Shown here piece by piece: positions 18,668 through 27,924 of a DNA stretch of 64,000 bases. Where the stretch lies: assembly GCA_049515535.1 (NCBI GenBank), contig JBEKTZ010000002.1, positions 211,467-275,466 on the forward strand, in the 5' to 3' direction. This DNA is from Candidatus Aminicenantales bacterium. GTDB lineage: Bacteria > Acidobacteriota > Aminicenantia > Aminicenantales > UBA4085. The stretch's first letter is position 1. Each line of letters opens with the position of its first letter. Position numbers and translations under genes: made by a program. The notes beneath the pieces were generated by a model, which worked only from the letters and a program-made list of their open reading frames with translations, ran no database searches and was not told the DNA's origin.

Positions 18668-18750
18668 GGAGGTGAGGAATTAAAAAGCGAATATCACCCC
18701 TTTTTTCATCCAAAGGGGTGATTGACCCAATGAAACGGCCGATTTAACAT
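18668..18750 (+). promoter_or_regulatory. Promoter with an upstream operator-like motif (shared with 33411-33491)
   Basis: 11-bp IR ATCACCCCTTT/AAAGGGGTGAT (18693-18722) abutting TTGACC-17bp-TAACAT. Confidence 0.7.
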
Positions 18751-18788
18751 ATCCGCGAGGCTAAGGAAAAGAAAAAAAGGAAAAGGAA

Positions 18789-19157
18789 GTGAGAATGATA
18801 AAACAGCCGCTGGCCGAAGACGTCGATGTCCTCGGCGCCAAAGATCAAGGGTTCACCTTCCCCCTGCCGACCCTGGTGGAAGGCCTAAACGCTCGGGGCA
18901 AGGAATTCACGGAAGAAACCGTCCTTTCGTACATCAGCCACCAGGGCTCCTCGTTTCTCCTCAAAAATCCCGTCAATATCGACATGCGATTGAAATTGAT
19001 CGTCGATTTGCCGGAGAAGCTTTCCGAGGAAAAAACTCTGAAGCTTGTCATTAAAGGCAAGGTCTCCCAAGTCGAAGCCTGCCGCGAAAAGGTCGCCGGG
19101 CAAAGGGTCACGATCAGGTTCGACAGCAAATATATCATCCGGCCCGACGCATCATAA
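18789..19157 (+). CDS. Degenerate PilZ-like protein
   Basis: Paralogous to 20415-20819 (LPTLVEG...GKEF.E...L..IS..G..F...LKLIVDLP); RxxxR motif lost. Confidence 0.75.
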   Translation: MRMIKQPLAEDVDVLGAKDQGFTFPLPTLVEGLNARGKEFTEETVLSYISHQGSSFLLKNPVNIDMRLKLIVDLPEKLSEEKTLKLVIKGKVSQVEACREKVAGQRVTIRFDSKYIIRPDAS

Positions 19158-19161
19158 CGCC

Positions 19162-19527
19162 ATGGAAATGCAAGTCAACGGGGTTTTCGGACAAGATCTC
19201 CCCGGAACCCAGAAGAAAGAAAGGACGTTCGAACTTTCTCTTCCCGCCCTGATCCGAGGATTCGACGCCGCGGACAGGGAATTCTCGGAAAAAACGGCCG
19301 TGTCCTCGCTCAGCGCCCAAGAAGCCGTTTTCTGGCTCCGGGCCAAGGTGACGAGAGGGACGAAACTCGCGCTCAACCTCCTGGTCCCGCAGACGTCCAT
19401 GCTCAAAAAAAAGCTCGAAGTCCGCCTCACCGGAACCGTGGATATCGTGAGATCGGACGGCCCGGACAAAACCAGGCACCGGCTCATCGCGGTGAAATTG
19501 GACCGGAATTTCCAAATCCAAGCATAA
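19162..19527 (+). CDS. Degenerate PilZ-like protein
   Basis: FELSLPALIRG.D...REFSEKT...SLSAQEAVF; same fold pattern as its neighbours. Confidence 0.7.
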   Translation: MEMQVNGVFGQDLPGTQKKERTFELSLPALIRGFDAADREFSEKTAVSSLSAQEAVFWLRAKVTRGTKLALNLLVPQTSMLKKKLEVRLTGTVDIVRSDGPDKTRHRLIAVKLDRNFQIQA

Positions 19528-19610
19528 TTCCTTCGCGCGGAGCTCTTTCCTTCCAAAAAAAAAAGTCGAAATCGCGGTGATATTCTTCATTTTCCGGCGC
19601 CTCCGGTTCC

Positions 19611-19639
19611 TTGACAACCCTTTTTTGATTGTATAGAAT
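19611..19639 (+). promoter_or_regulatory. Sigma70 promoter of the LuxR gene
   Basis: TTGACA-17bp-TAGAAT. Confidence 0.7.
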
Positions 19640-19696
19640 TCAAGTCAATCGGAGAGGACGACAAGGAGCAATATCGCCAAAGGGACGTAAAAACGC

Positions 19697-20386
19697 ATGA
19701 TCAAGAAAAAACCTCAGATTTCGGACTCCTCAAAAATCAAGACCCTGATCTTCTGTCCATCGGACCTGATCCTGTCCGGCATCCTCAAGGCCCTCGAGAC
19801 CGATGCCGAGATCGAAGTCGTCAACATCGAGAAAAATACGATCGAGTCGTTCATGAACTCGATCCGGAAACTCCAGCCGCACGTCATTCTTTTCGCCAGC
19901 ACCGAAACGCTTCCCAACATGCGGGAGATCTGCAAAGCTATCCGCGAAATCGCCAAGGACCAGATCAGGTCGCAGATGCTCCTCTTGGGCAACATCCCCT
20001 CTCATGAGGAGATCGTGAGCCTCATCAATGTCGGGGCCCGCGGCTATTTCGATTTGAACGATCCCTCCGGCCAGCTCCCGGAGGCCGTCCGCGTCATCCA
20101 TAAGGGCGAAATTTGGCTGCCCCGGGACAAGATGAGCAGCATCATGGACCGGATCATCTCGGTCGTCGGCCGCGATATGAAGGAGAAGACGCTGGATCAA
20201 CTCACGCCGACGGAGTTCCAAGTCTTGAAGCTCATCGGTCAGGGCAAGAGCAACGACGGCATCGCCGAGATCCTTTTCATCAGCAAGAACACCGTCCGCT
20301 CCCACATCAAGAGCATCTACGCCAAGCTCGACACGCACAGCCGCCTCCAGCTGGCGCTTTACGCCATAAACTCGGCCCTCTTTTAA
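19697..20386 (+). CDS. LuxR/NarL-family regulator with an atypical (pseudo-)receiver domain, VpsT/CsgD-like
   Basis: C-terminal LTPTEFQVLKLIGQGKSNDGIAEILFISKNTVRSHIKSIYAKL HTH; receiver lacks the acidic pair and the phospho-Asp (PHVILFA). Confidence 0.88.
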   Translation: MIKKKPQISDSSKIKTLIFCPSDLILSGILKALETDAEIEVVNIEKNTIESFMNSIRKLQPHVILFASTETLPNMREICKAIREIAKDQIRSQMLLLGNIPSHEEIVSLINVGARGYFDLNDPSGQLPEAVRVIHKGEIWLPRDKMSSIMDRIISVVGRDMKEKTLDQLTPTEFQVLKLIGQGKSNDGIAEILFISKNTVRSHIKSIYAKLDTHSRLQLALYAINSALF

Positions 20387-20414
20387 CATCGAAAGGAAAA
20401 AGGTTGAGAGTGTC

Positions 20415-20819
20415 ATGAAGAAAGCCGCCCCAAAAAAAATCGCCTCCGCAAGAAGGACGTCGAAAAAGGCCGTCGCGCCGGTCGACATCAACCGGCGCCG
20501 CGAATGGCGTTTCGACCTTCCGCTGATCGCCTATGTCGAAGGCCATCTCCCCCAAGGCAAGAAATTCCATGAATCCGCGAAACTCGAGAATATCAGCTCG
20601 AGCGGCGCCTACTTCTGTCTGGACTCCGGCGTCGTGGTCGGATCCAAGCTCAATCTCATCATCGACCTCCCCAAAGAGATCACCGAAGGGAAAAAGATCA
20701 AGCTCAAGATCGGCGGCATGACCATCCGTTTGGAAAAGCCCAACCAAAAGACCAGAAAGCAGGGCGTGGCCGTCCGTTTCAGCAGAGATTTCCAATTCGT
20801 CCCGAGCCGTAAAAAATAA
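20415..20819 (+). CDS. PilZ domain protein with canonical motifs
   Basis: RRREWR (RxxxR) and NISSSG (D/NxSxxG). Confidence 0.85.
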   Translation: MKKAAPKKIASARRTSKKAVAPVDINRRREWRFDLPLIAYVEGHLPQGKKFHESAKLENISSSGAYFCLDSGVVVGSKLNLIIDLPKEITEGKKIKLKIGGMTIRLEKPNQKTRKQGVAVRFSRDFQFVPSRKK

Positions 20820-20835
20820 CCGGGGAATCTCCCGC

Positions 20836-21471
20836 ATGCTCACCGTCGCCCTGACAGGGGGAATCGCGACCGGGAAGACCATCGTGGCGGACGTCCTCCG
20901 CAGGCGAGGCTGCCATGTCGCCGCGGCCGATGCCGCCGCCCATGCCGTCATGGAGCCGGAGAAACTGGCCTGGAAACGCATCCTCGCCCGTTTCGGAGCG
21001 GATATCCTGAACCCGGACAAAACGATCAATCGCGCCAAGTTGGGCGACATCATCTTTCGAGACGCCGGAGCGCGAAAGTTCGTCGACGGCATCGTCCATC
21101 CCCTTGTCATGGCCATGGTAAGATCCGAAATCGCCCGGCTTAAGAAGGACGCCCGAACGAAAATCTACGTCTCCGAGGCCGCCCTCACGATCGAAGCCGG
21201 ATATGCGGAATTTTTCGATAAAATCGTCGTCACGTATTGCCCGGAGGAGGAACAGCTCCGGAGATTGACGGCGAGAGACCGGATCTCGCGCGAGGCCGCG
21301 CAACTCAAGATCGGGGCGCAGATACCGTCCGAACAGAAATTGGCCTACGCTGATTACATCATCGACACAGGGAGCGCCGTGGAGGATACGATCGCTCAAG
21401 CGGAAGAGCTCTACGAAGAGCTCTTGCTGGATTTCCGGATCAAATATGGAGCCGCCGATACCCCGGGTTGA
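20836..21471 (+). CDS. coaE: Dephospho-CoA kinase
   Basis: ALTGGIATGKT, INRAKLGDIIF, IVHPLV. Confidence 0.93.
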   Translation: MLTVALTGGIATGKTIVADVLRRRGCHVAAADAAAHAVMEPEKLAWKRILARFGADILNPDKTINRAKLGDIIFRDAGARKFVDGIVHPLVMAMVRSEIARLKKDARTKIYVSEAALTIEAGYAEFFDKIVVTYCPEEEQLRRLTARDRISREAAQLKIGAQIPSEQKLAYADYIIDTGSAVEDTIAQAEELYEELLLDFRIKYGAADTPG

Positions 21472-21475
21472 CCGC

Positions 21476-22420
21476 TCAAAGCGCCTTTAGGGCCGCGGCG
21501 AGCAGCGGGATCATGATCTCGTGGTGCCCGATGAAATAATATCCTCTCCCCTTCTTTCCCAACGGCCGGCGGGCGACGTTCTCCGCGGGCCGATAATGGC
21601 GGATAAAATCGAAGACGGCGGTCGTATAATCATCCAACCGCCGGCCCTTGTTACGGACAAGCGCGACGGCTTTGAGAAAAACCTCGGGAAGGAGAACGGC
21701 CGATCCGATATTGAGAAAAACCCCCCCGCCTTCCAATTTTTGGACCAGCGCGCTGAACAGAAAGAAATCCTGGAGCGATGTCTTGCCCAACGCCTCGCCG
21801 CTCGCGCGCGGATGCATGTGGATGATGTCCGTTCCGAGGGCGACGTGCACCGTCGCGGGGATATTCAGGCGATACGCGGCGCCGAGCAGGCTCATTTTTT
21901 TGTATGGGAAATTCGACCTCGCGATCATCCGCCCGACGGCTTCGCCCAGGCCCAAGCCTTCCTCTGCTCCCCGGCGGATCGTTTCATTCAAGAGATCTCC
22001 CGTTTCCCTGGCCATGCCGAACGTTCCCGCCTTGATCCCGGCCGCGACATTTTCGGAGGTCGCGCCGCCGTAGGCCAGCTCGAAATCGTGGATGATCCCT
22101 GCTCCATTGAAGGCCAGGGCTGAGATCCAGCCGCCTGTCATCAGGTCGAGGAGCACCGGGTTCAAACCGACCTTGATCACGTGAGCGCCCATCGCCCAGA
22201 TCAGGGCTTTTTTCTTTTCTTTGGCCGTCTTCATGCGGGCCGTCAGTTCCCTGAAATCCTTGGCCGCCAGAAAATCCGGGAGATTCTTGATGAAGCGCGA
22301 AAAACGATCGTCCCGCCGCGTCACTTTGGCGAAATCCGCGACGTAGACATGGCTCAATCGCGAGTGCAACGAGGTGGTTTTCAGCCCTTTGGACGACAGC
22401 GGTTTCTCTTTATAGGCCAC
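21476..22420 (-). CDS. Conserved hypothetical protein with a deoxyhypusine-synthase-like fold
   Basis: MGAHVIKVGL...NGAGIIHDFE...GSAVLLPEVFLK...GHHEIMIPLL pattern recalled from a conserved anaerobe family. Confidence 0.65.
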   Translation of the reverse strand: MAYKEKPLSSKGLKTTSLHSRLSHVYVADFAKVTRRDDRFSRFIKNLPDFLAAKDFRELTARMKTAKEKKKALIWAMGAHVIKVGLNPVLLDLMTGGWISALAFNGAGIIHDFELAYGGATSENVAAGIKAGTFGMARETGDLLNETIRRGAEEGLGLGEAVGRMIARSNFPYKKMSLLGAAYRLNIPATVHVALGTDIIHMHPRASGEALGKTSLQDFFLFSALVQKLEGGGVFLNIGSAVLLPEVFLKAVALVRNKGRRLDDYTTAVFDFIRHYRPAENVARRPLGKKGRGYYFIGHHEIMIPLLAAALKAL

Positions 22421-22475
22421 GTCTTACTCCCTTTAGCGAACGTGTCTGGAAAACCGAGCGTAGACGGGATCACGT

Positions 22476-22754
22476 CTATGGCTTGACGGTGATGTTTTTG
22501 AGTTCTTGGCCGCAGCGGAACTTGATCCGTTTGCCCTCCGTGATATGAATCTGTTTTTTGCGGCGTATGTCCCGGCCGTATCCCGTTTTTTTGGCCACGA
22601 CCTTGAAGCTCCCGAATCCGCGAATCTCGACTTTTTGTTTCTTGGCGAGGGCTTCTTTCAGAGCTTCCAGGATCGTTTCAACGATCAACAATGACTTCGC
22701 CCCGTTGAATTCGGACTTCTTTTCGATCATCAGGGCGATATCATTCTTAATCAT
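22476..22754 (-). CDS. HU/IHF family DNA-binding protein
   Basis: KVEIRGFGSFKV...GRD...IKFRCGQELK. Confidence 0.9.
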   Translation of the reverse strand: MIKNDIALMIEKKSEFNGAKSLLIVETILEALKEALAKKQKVEIRGFGSFKVVAKKTGYGRDIRRKKQIHITEGKRIKFRCGQELKNITVKP

Positions 22755-22815
22755 GAGGAACTCCTTCGTGTTAATAATAATTAATTTATTGATAGCCGTT
22801 TGTCAAGACAATTTA

Positions 22816-22844
22816 TTGACTTGACGAGGGCTCCTTTCTATAAT
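22816..22844 (+). promoter_or_regulatory. Sigma70 promoter
   Basis: TTGACT-17bp-TATAAT; a second extended -10 (TGATATAAT) lies at 23005-23013. Confidence 0.65.
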
Positions 22845-23068
22845 GAAATCAACGTGAAGAAAATCATTTTGACGTTCTCATCTGGGCCGTTTTTTGAGGA
22901 TTTTCCCGGGGCCTGGATGTCGGAAACCGCGGTTTTCGCGGCCATAAACCGGAGCCTTAAAAGCACCGGAACCGCGCCTGACCGATCGATCGCTCACGGA
23001 ATCGTGATATAATAGGGCCATCCTTGGAAACCGTTTGCCGATGAATAAATGAAGATTAAGGCGGGACC

Positions 23069-23845
23069 ATGACCATCGAAAAGCCATTTCGCGAACTCAA
23101 ATTTTCAAGCGCCCATCTCATCATCGTTTTTCTGGCCATTCTGGTGCTCGGCGTTTTTATTTTTCTCCTCGGGATCTCCGTGGGCAAAAAACAATCCCAG
23201 CTCACGGCGATGGTTTCCAGTTCCACGGACATCAAAAACGAACAGGTCGGCCAAAAGCCCGCGATCCCCGAGGGCGCCGCGGCGCAGACGATGGGGACGC
23301 AAGCTCCGCCCGCGTCGCAATCCCAGCCGTTGGCGGCCCAACCGGAAACCAAGAACGCGCTTCCCTCGGCGAAGAGGGCCGAAGAAAAAAAGACGGAAAC
23401 CCAATCCGCTAGTAAACCCAAAGAAAATCAAACGATGACGTCCGCCGGCAACAAGCCCGACGATAAAAAGGAAACGCCCCCGATCAAGGAAAAATCCGAT
23501 GAAATGAAACCGGCGATGGAAACCAAAAAGCCGGCTGAGATCAAAGAGAGCAAAACCGAACCGGCGAAAAAGGCCGTCTCACCCGCGGCGATGAAACAGG
23601 AAGGGATTTTTTATGTTCAGATCGGCGCCGTGACGGACAAGGAAGCCGCCGATGAGTTCGCCCAAAAGGTCCAAAAGCTGGGCTTCCCGTCGATCGTCAA
23701 ATTGCCTTCAGCCTCGGACAAGAAATCCATCTACCGCATCCAGATCGGTCCCTACGACTCGAAGCAGAATGCCTCCGGCGCCCAAGAGAAGATCGCGGCC
23801 GCCTTGAAGAAAAAGAAGACCGACTTCTTCGTCGTCAAGGGCTGA
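23069..23845 (+). CDS. SPOR domain protein (DedD/FtsN-like)
   Basis: N-terminal TM, low-complexity linker, FYVQIGA...YRIQIGPY. Confidence 0.85.
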   Translation: MTIEKPFRELKFSSAHLIIVFLAILVLGVFIFLLGISVGKKQSQLTAMVSSSTDIKNEQVGQKPAIPEGAAAQTMGTQAPPASQSQPLAAQPETKNALPSAKRAEEKKTETQSASKPKENQTMTSAGNKPDDKKETPPIKEKSDEMKPAMETKKPAEIKESKTEPAKKAVSPAAMKQEGIFYVQIGAVTDKEAADEFAQKVQKLGFPSIVKLPSASDKKSIYRIQIGPYDSKQNASGAQEKIAAALKKKKTDFFVVKG

Positions 23846-23858
23846 GCGCGCCGCGATC

Positions 23859-25379
23859 ATGAAGCTCAAATTCTCGGATCTCATCTTTGCCGCCTTCAGC
23901 GGATTTCTCACGGCCCTGGCGTTTCCGAAAATCGGTCTGCCCTTCTTCGTTTGGATCTCGTTGATCCCGCTCTTCTTCCTTCTGGCCCGCCTGAGGCCGG
24001 GATCTTCGTTCCTGGCGGGTTGGATCGCCGGAACGGTTTTCTACGGGATGCTGCTCTATTGGATCCCCGCCGTCCCCGCGCATTACGGCAACATGTCCCG
24101 CATCGTCAGCCTCCTGATCTATTTCGTCTTCATCCTCGTTCTAGCCCTGACCTGGGCCCTCTTCGGATATCTTTTTTCTTTTCTGCATCGGAGCCGCCCC
24201 GCGGCCGCCTTCATCGCGGCGCCGTTTCTCTGGGTGACCATGGAATACATCCTGACGCACGTTCTCACGGGATTCCCATGGGGCCTTCTGGGGCTCAGCC
24301 AGTTCAAAAACCTGTCTTTCATCCAAATCGCGGCCGTCACCGGGGTTTATGGCGTCTCCTTCGTCCTGGTTCTCTTCCAGGGCTTTTTCGTCTTTTCCAT
24401 CCTATCCTCGAAAAGAGGTCCGTTCGCCGCGGGGATCATCCTCCTTGTCCTCGTTCACCTCGGCGGATTCTTGAGCCTTCATAAAGTCCCGGAGACGCCG
24501 GACTCCTTCCCCGCCGCGGTCATCCAAGGAAATGTCTCCTCGGACATCTATTGGAACCAAATCGCGGCCAGCGAAGTCCTGACCCTCTTCGAAAATCATG
24601 TCGAACTCACGCGGCAGGCCTCCGAAAAAGGCGCCCGGCTCATCATCTGGCCGGAATTCACGGTCCCCCTCTGCTTTTCGTGCGAGGATCCGATCTATCA
24701 GAGCTTCCGGCGCATCCTTTCCCAGTTCGTCCAGGACACCCAAAACACGCTTCTCCTGGGCACGAACGAGACGACCGGACCTCCCGGCAAAGAGAAATAC
24801 TTCAACACGGCCCTGTGCCTGGGGCCGGACCTCCGAATCACGAAATACGCCAAAATGCACCTCGTTCCATTCGGCGAATATACGCCGTATAAAAAGATCT
24901 TCGGCTTCATCGAAAAAATGACGCACGCCATCGGAGAAGTGACCCCCGGAACCGAGCCCGTCCTCCATTCGTTCAACAATCTGAAATTCGGCTCGCCGAT
25001 CTGCTACGAGATCATCTTCCCCGATCTCGTCCGCCGCTTCTCGAAAAAGGGCGCGGACTTTCTCGTGACCATCACCAACGACGGCTGGTATGGGGCGAGC
25101 GCGGCCCCTTATCAGCATTTCGCCAATGCCGTCTTGCGGGCCGTCGAGAACAGGCGATTCCTCCTCCGCGCGGCGACGACGGGCATCAGCGGCATCATCG
25201 ATCCATACGGCCGGATAGTCGTCCAGTCAGAAATCGGGACGAAAACATATCTGACGGGCACGATCACGCCGTCGAAGGCCATGACCTTTTATGCCCGTTT
25301 CGGAGACGCCTTCTCCCTCCTCTGCTTGACGGCGAGCCTGGTCTTCTTTATTCTGGCCATTTTTAAGAGAAAACCATGA
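23859..25379 (+). CDS. lnt: Apolipoprotein N-acyltransferase
   Basis: GFPW, IWPE, KMHLVPFGEY, ICYEIIF, TNDGWYG. Confidence 0.95.
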   Translation: MKLKFSDLIFAAFSGFLTALAFPKIGLPFFVWISLIPLFFLLARLRPGSSFLAGWIAGTVFYGMLLYWIPAVPAHYGNMSRIVSLLIYFVFILVLALTWALFGYLFSFLHRSRPAAAFIAAPFLWVTMEYILTHVLTGFPWGLLGLSQFKNLSFIQIAAVTGVYGVSFVLVLFQGFFVFSILSSKRGPFAAGIILLVLVHLGGFLSLHKVPETPDSFPAAVIQGNVSSDIYWNQIAASEVLTLFENHVELTRQASEKGARLIIWPEFTVPLCFSCEDPIYQSFRRILSQFVQDTQNTLLLGTNETTGPPGKEKYFNTALCLGPDLRITKYAKMHLVPFGEYTPYKKIFGFIEKMTHAIGEVTPGTEPVLHSFNNLKFGSPICYEIIFPDLVRRFSKKGADFLVTITNDGWYGASAAPYQHFANAVLRAVENRRFLLRAATTGISGIIDPYGRIVVQSEIGTKTYLTGTITPSKAMTFYARFGDAFSLLCLTASLVFFILAIFKRKP

Positions 25380-26513
25380 ATCCAAACAATCCGGCGGCCC
25401 TTGAACATTATAACGACCTCGAAGCCCAAGCCCGAACGGCCTTCGCCAAGTTCGAAGAACTGCGAGGTTTTCTTTGACTATGACCGAAAAAGGGTCCAGA
25501 TCGAAGCCCTAGGCCGAGAACTCGGCACTCCCGAAGTTTGGCAGGACCAGAAGAAATCCCAATCCCTGCAGCAGAGCAAAAAGCGTCTGGATCGCGAAGT
25601 TCAATTCCTGGCGGGCCTCTATCAGAAAAAGGAAGATCTCGACGTCCTGCTCGAGCTGGCCAAGGAAGGAGAAAACGTCGACAAGGAATTCGAACTTGGT
25701 CTGGCCGCGTTCGGCAAAACCCTGGACGAAGCGGAACTTCAGACTCTGTACTATGAGACGGACGACGCGCGCAACGCGATCCTGACGATCCACCCCGGCG
25801 CCGGCGGAACCGAATCGCAGGATTGGGCTTCGATGTTGATGAGAATGTATCTCCGCTACGCCGAGAGAAAAGGGTTCAAGACCGAAATTCTCGATATGCA
25901 GCCGGGGGAAGAAGCCGGCCTCAAGAGCGCGACCATCCGGATCGAAGGCGATTACGTCTTCGGCAACCTCAGCCAGGAGACCGGTGTCCACAGGCTGGTC
26001 CGGATCTCTCCTTTCGATGCCAATAAGCGGCGGCACACGTCGTTCGTGGCCGTCTTCGTTTATCCTGAAGTGGACGAGGACATCGAGATCGCGGTCAACC
26101 CCGACGAGCTGCGGATCGACACCTACCGCGCCGGCGGCAAAGGCGGCCAGCACGTCAACACGACGGATTCGGCCGTCCGCATCACGCACGTTCCGACGGG
26201 TATCGTCGTCCAGTGCCAAAATGAGCGCTCACAGCACAAGAACAAGGCCGCGGCCATGAAGGTCCTCAAAGCCCGGCTCTACGAGCTCGAGCGCAAAAAG
26301 AAGCTGGCCAAGGTCGAGCTACTCGAGGACACGAAGACCGAGATCGCCTGGGGGAACCAGATCCGCTCCTACGTCCTCCATCCATACAAGATGATCAAGG
26401 ACCTCCGGACGCGCGTCGAAACCGGAGATACGGACAAGATCCTCGACGGAGACCTGGATGAATTCATCAAAGCCAGCCTGAAATTGCGGAAATCCAAGCC
26501 CGCCGAAGGCTGA
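25376..26513 (+). CDS. prfB: Peptide chain release factor 2, programmed +1 frameshift at 25472-25478
   Basis: ATG at 25376 reads MNPNN...RGFL to CTT TGA C, with internal SD GAGGT; the +1 frame continues DYDRK and contains SPF and GGQ motifs. Confidence 0.96.
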
Positions 26514-26519
26514 CGATCC

Positions 26520-26580
26520 ATGGCCGGAGACTCCCTGTCTCGGCCGGGGAAGATCCCCGGTGGAAGCGGCTTTTTTCCAA
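26520..26580. terminator. Hairpins between convergent prfB and mazG
   Basis: GGCCGGAGAC/GTCTCGGCC and CCGGG/CCCGG stems, with a T-run nearby. Confidence 0.4.
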
Positions 26581-26583
26581 CGC

Positions 26584-27384
26584 CTACGATTTTCCGCGAC
26601 TCCGCTTCCTCTTCGTCTCTTCCCAGGCGGCGTCCATTTCCTCGAACGTCGCCGCGCCCAGGGACTTCCCCTCCTCGTGGAGTTTCTTTTCCAGCTTTGT
26701 AAATCTCCCGATGAATTTATCGTTGGCCTGGCGTAGGGCGGTTTCGGGGTTCAGGCGCAACTTTCGAGCCACGTTGGCCAGAGCGAAGAAACAATCGCCG
26801 ATTTCTTCCTCGACGCGCCTGCGCGTCCCGGAAGCCATGGCCTCTTCGAGCTCGCCGATCTCCTCTCTGACTTTTTCGAGGGCCGCGGCCGGGGAAGGCC
26901 AGTCGAATCCGAAATGAGAGACGCGCCGGCCGATTTGGAAAGCGGCCAGAAGCGAAGGGGCCTGGCGGGATATGCCTTCAAAATGGCTGGCCCGCTTCTT
27001 TTCGGACTTTTTTTGTTCGATCCAGGCATCCAGTACGCGCTCGGCCGATTCGATCTTCTTTCCGCCGAAGACGTGCGGATGCCGCCGGATCATTTTCTTA
27101 TTGATCCCGTCGAGCGCGTCGGCCACGGAGAATTCGCCCTTTTCCTCATAAATCCGCGAAAGGAAAATCACCTCCATGAGCACATCGCCCAGTTCCTCGG
27201 CCAAAGCCGCGGAATCGTTCCGGACAAGGGCGTCGATCGCCTCGTAGACTTCCTCCAAAAAATAATCGGCGATCGAGCGTTCATCCTGTTCCTTGTCCCA
27301 AGGGCAGCCGTCCGGCCCGCGCAGAGCGGCCAGGATTTCGACCAATTCCTGGAATTTCCCGCCGGCATTTTGTGATCTTCTCAT
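26584..27384 (-). CDS. mazG: Nucleoside triphosphate pyrophosphohydrolase
   Basis: LRGPDGCPWD, EEVYE, EELGD, RRHPHVF, GFDW, EEEIGD. Confidence 0.94.
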   Translation of the reverse strand: MRRSQNAGGKFQELVEILAALRGPDGCPWDKEQDERSIADYFLEEVYEAIDALVRNDSAALAEELGDVLMEVIFLSRIYEEKGEFSVADALDGINKKMIRRHPHVFGGKKIESAERVLDAWIEQKKSEKKRASHFEGISRQAPSLLAAFQIGRRVSHFGFDWPSPAAALEKVREEIGELEEAMASGTRRRVEEEIGDCFFALANVARKLRLNPETALRQANDKFIGRFTKLEKKLHEEGKSLGAATFEEMDAAWEETKRKRSRGKS

Positions 27385-27532
27385 GGAAACCTCATCATAG
27401 AAGGCTCTCCCGGTCAGGGGATATTTTCATCTTAACACAAATGACCTCGAGATCATCGGCTAAAAGGACATGGAACATTCCTGCTCTCCTCGTCTTGAAT
27501 TTTCCCCCTATTCCAGGTAATATGTGACGGCC

Positions 27533-27832
27533 ATGACCGACGAGCAGGAAACGAACGGCCGATTCGATGATTTTCTTCCTCCGCTGGATTTCAGCTCCAT
27601 CGTTTTTCCATTGTATACGCAGGCGCTGGTGAAGCTCGGCCTGTTGGAGGATCCCCTGAAAAAACGGAGCGAGGAGAATCTGGAGCTGGCCAAACGCCTT
27701 ATCGACCTTCTTGACCTCTTGAAGGAACGGACTCAAGGTAACCTCAAGGAGGATGAAGAGAAATTCCTCGAATCCTGCGTTCTCCAGCTCAAGATGAACT
27801 ATATGCAAAAAGCGAAGATCATTAAGACCTGA
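27533..27832 (+). CDS. DUF1844 domain protein
   Basis: LELAKRLIDLLDLLKERTQGNL..DEEKFL...LQLKMNY. Confidence 0.8.
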   Translation: MTDEQETNGRFDDFLPPLDFSSIVFPLYTQALVKLGLLEDPLKKRSEENLELAKRLIDLLDLLKERTQGNLKEDEEKFLESCVLQLKMNYMQKAKIIKT

Positions 27833-27924
27833 GCCGGGGAGTGATTGCCGCGCCTCGCGCGCGATGAAAGGGGAACGAAGCATCATCACGGCCTATCGCC
27901 GGCGGTGATAGTCGATATCGGAAC

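Noticed and set aside
25401..25475. ORF-track N-terminus of prfB, or a pseudogene interpretation
   Set aside because: Explained by the canonical programmed frameshift.
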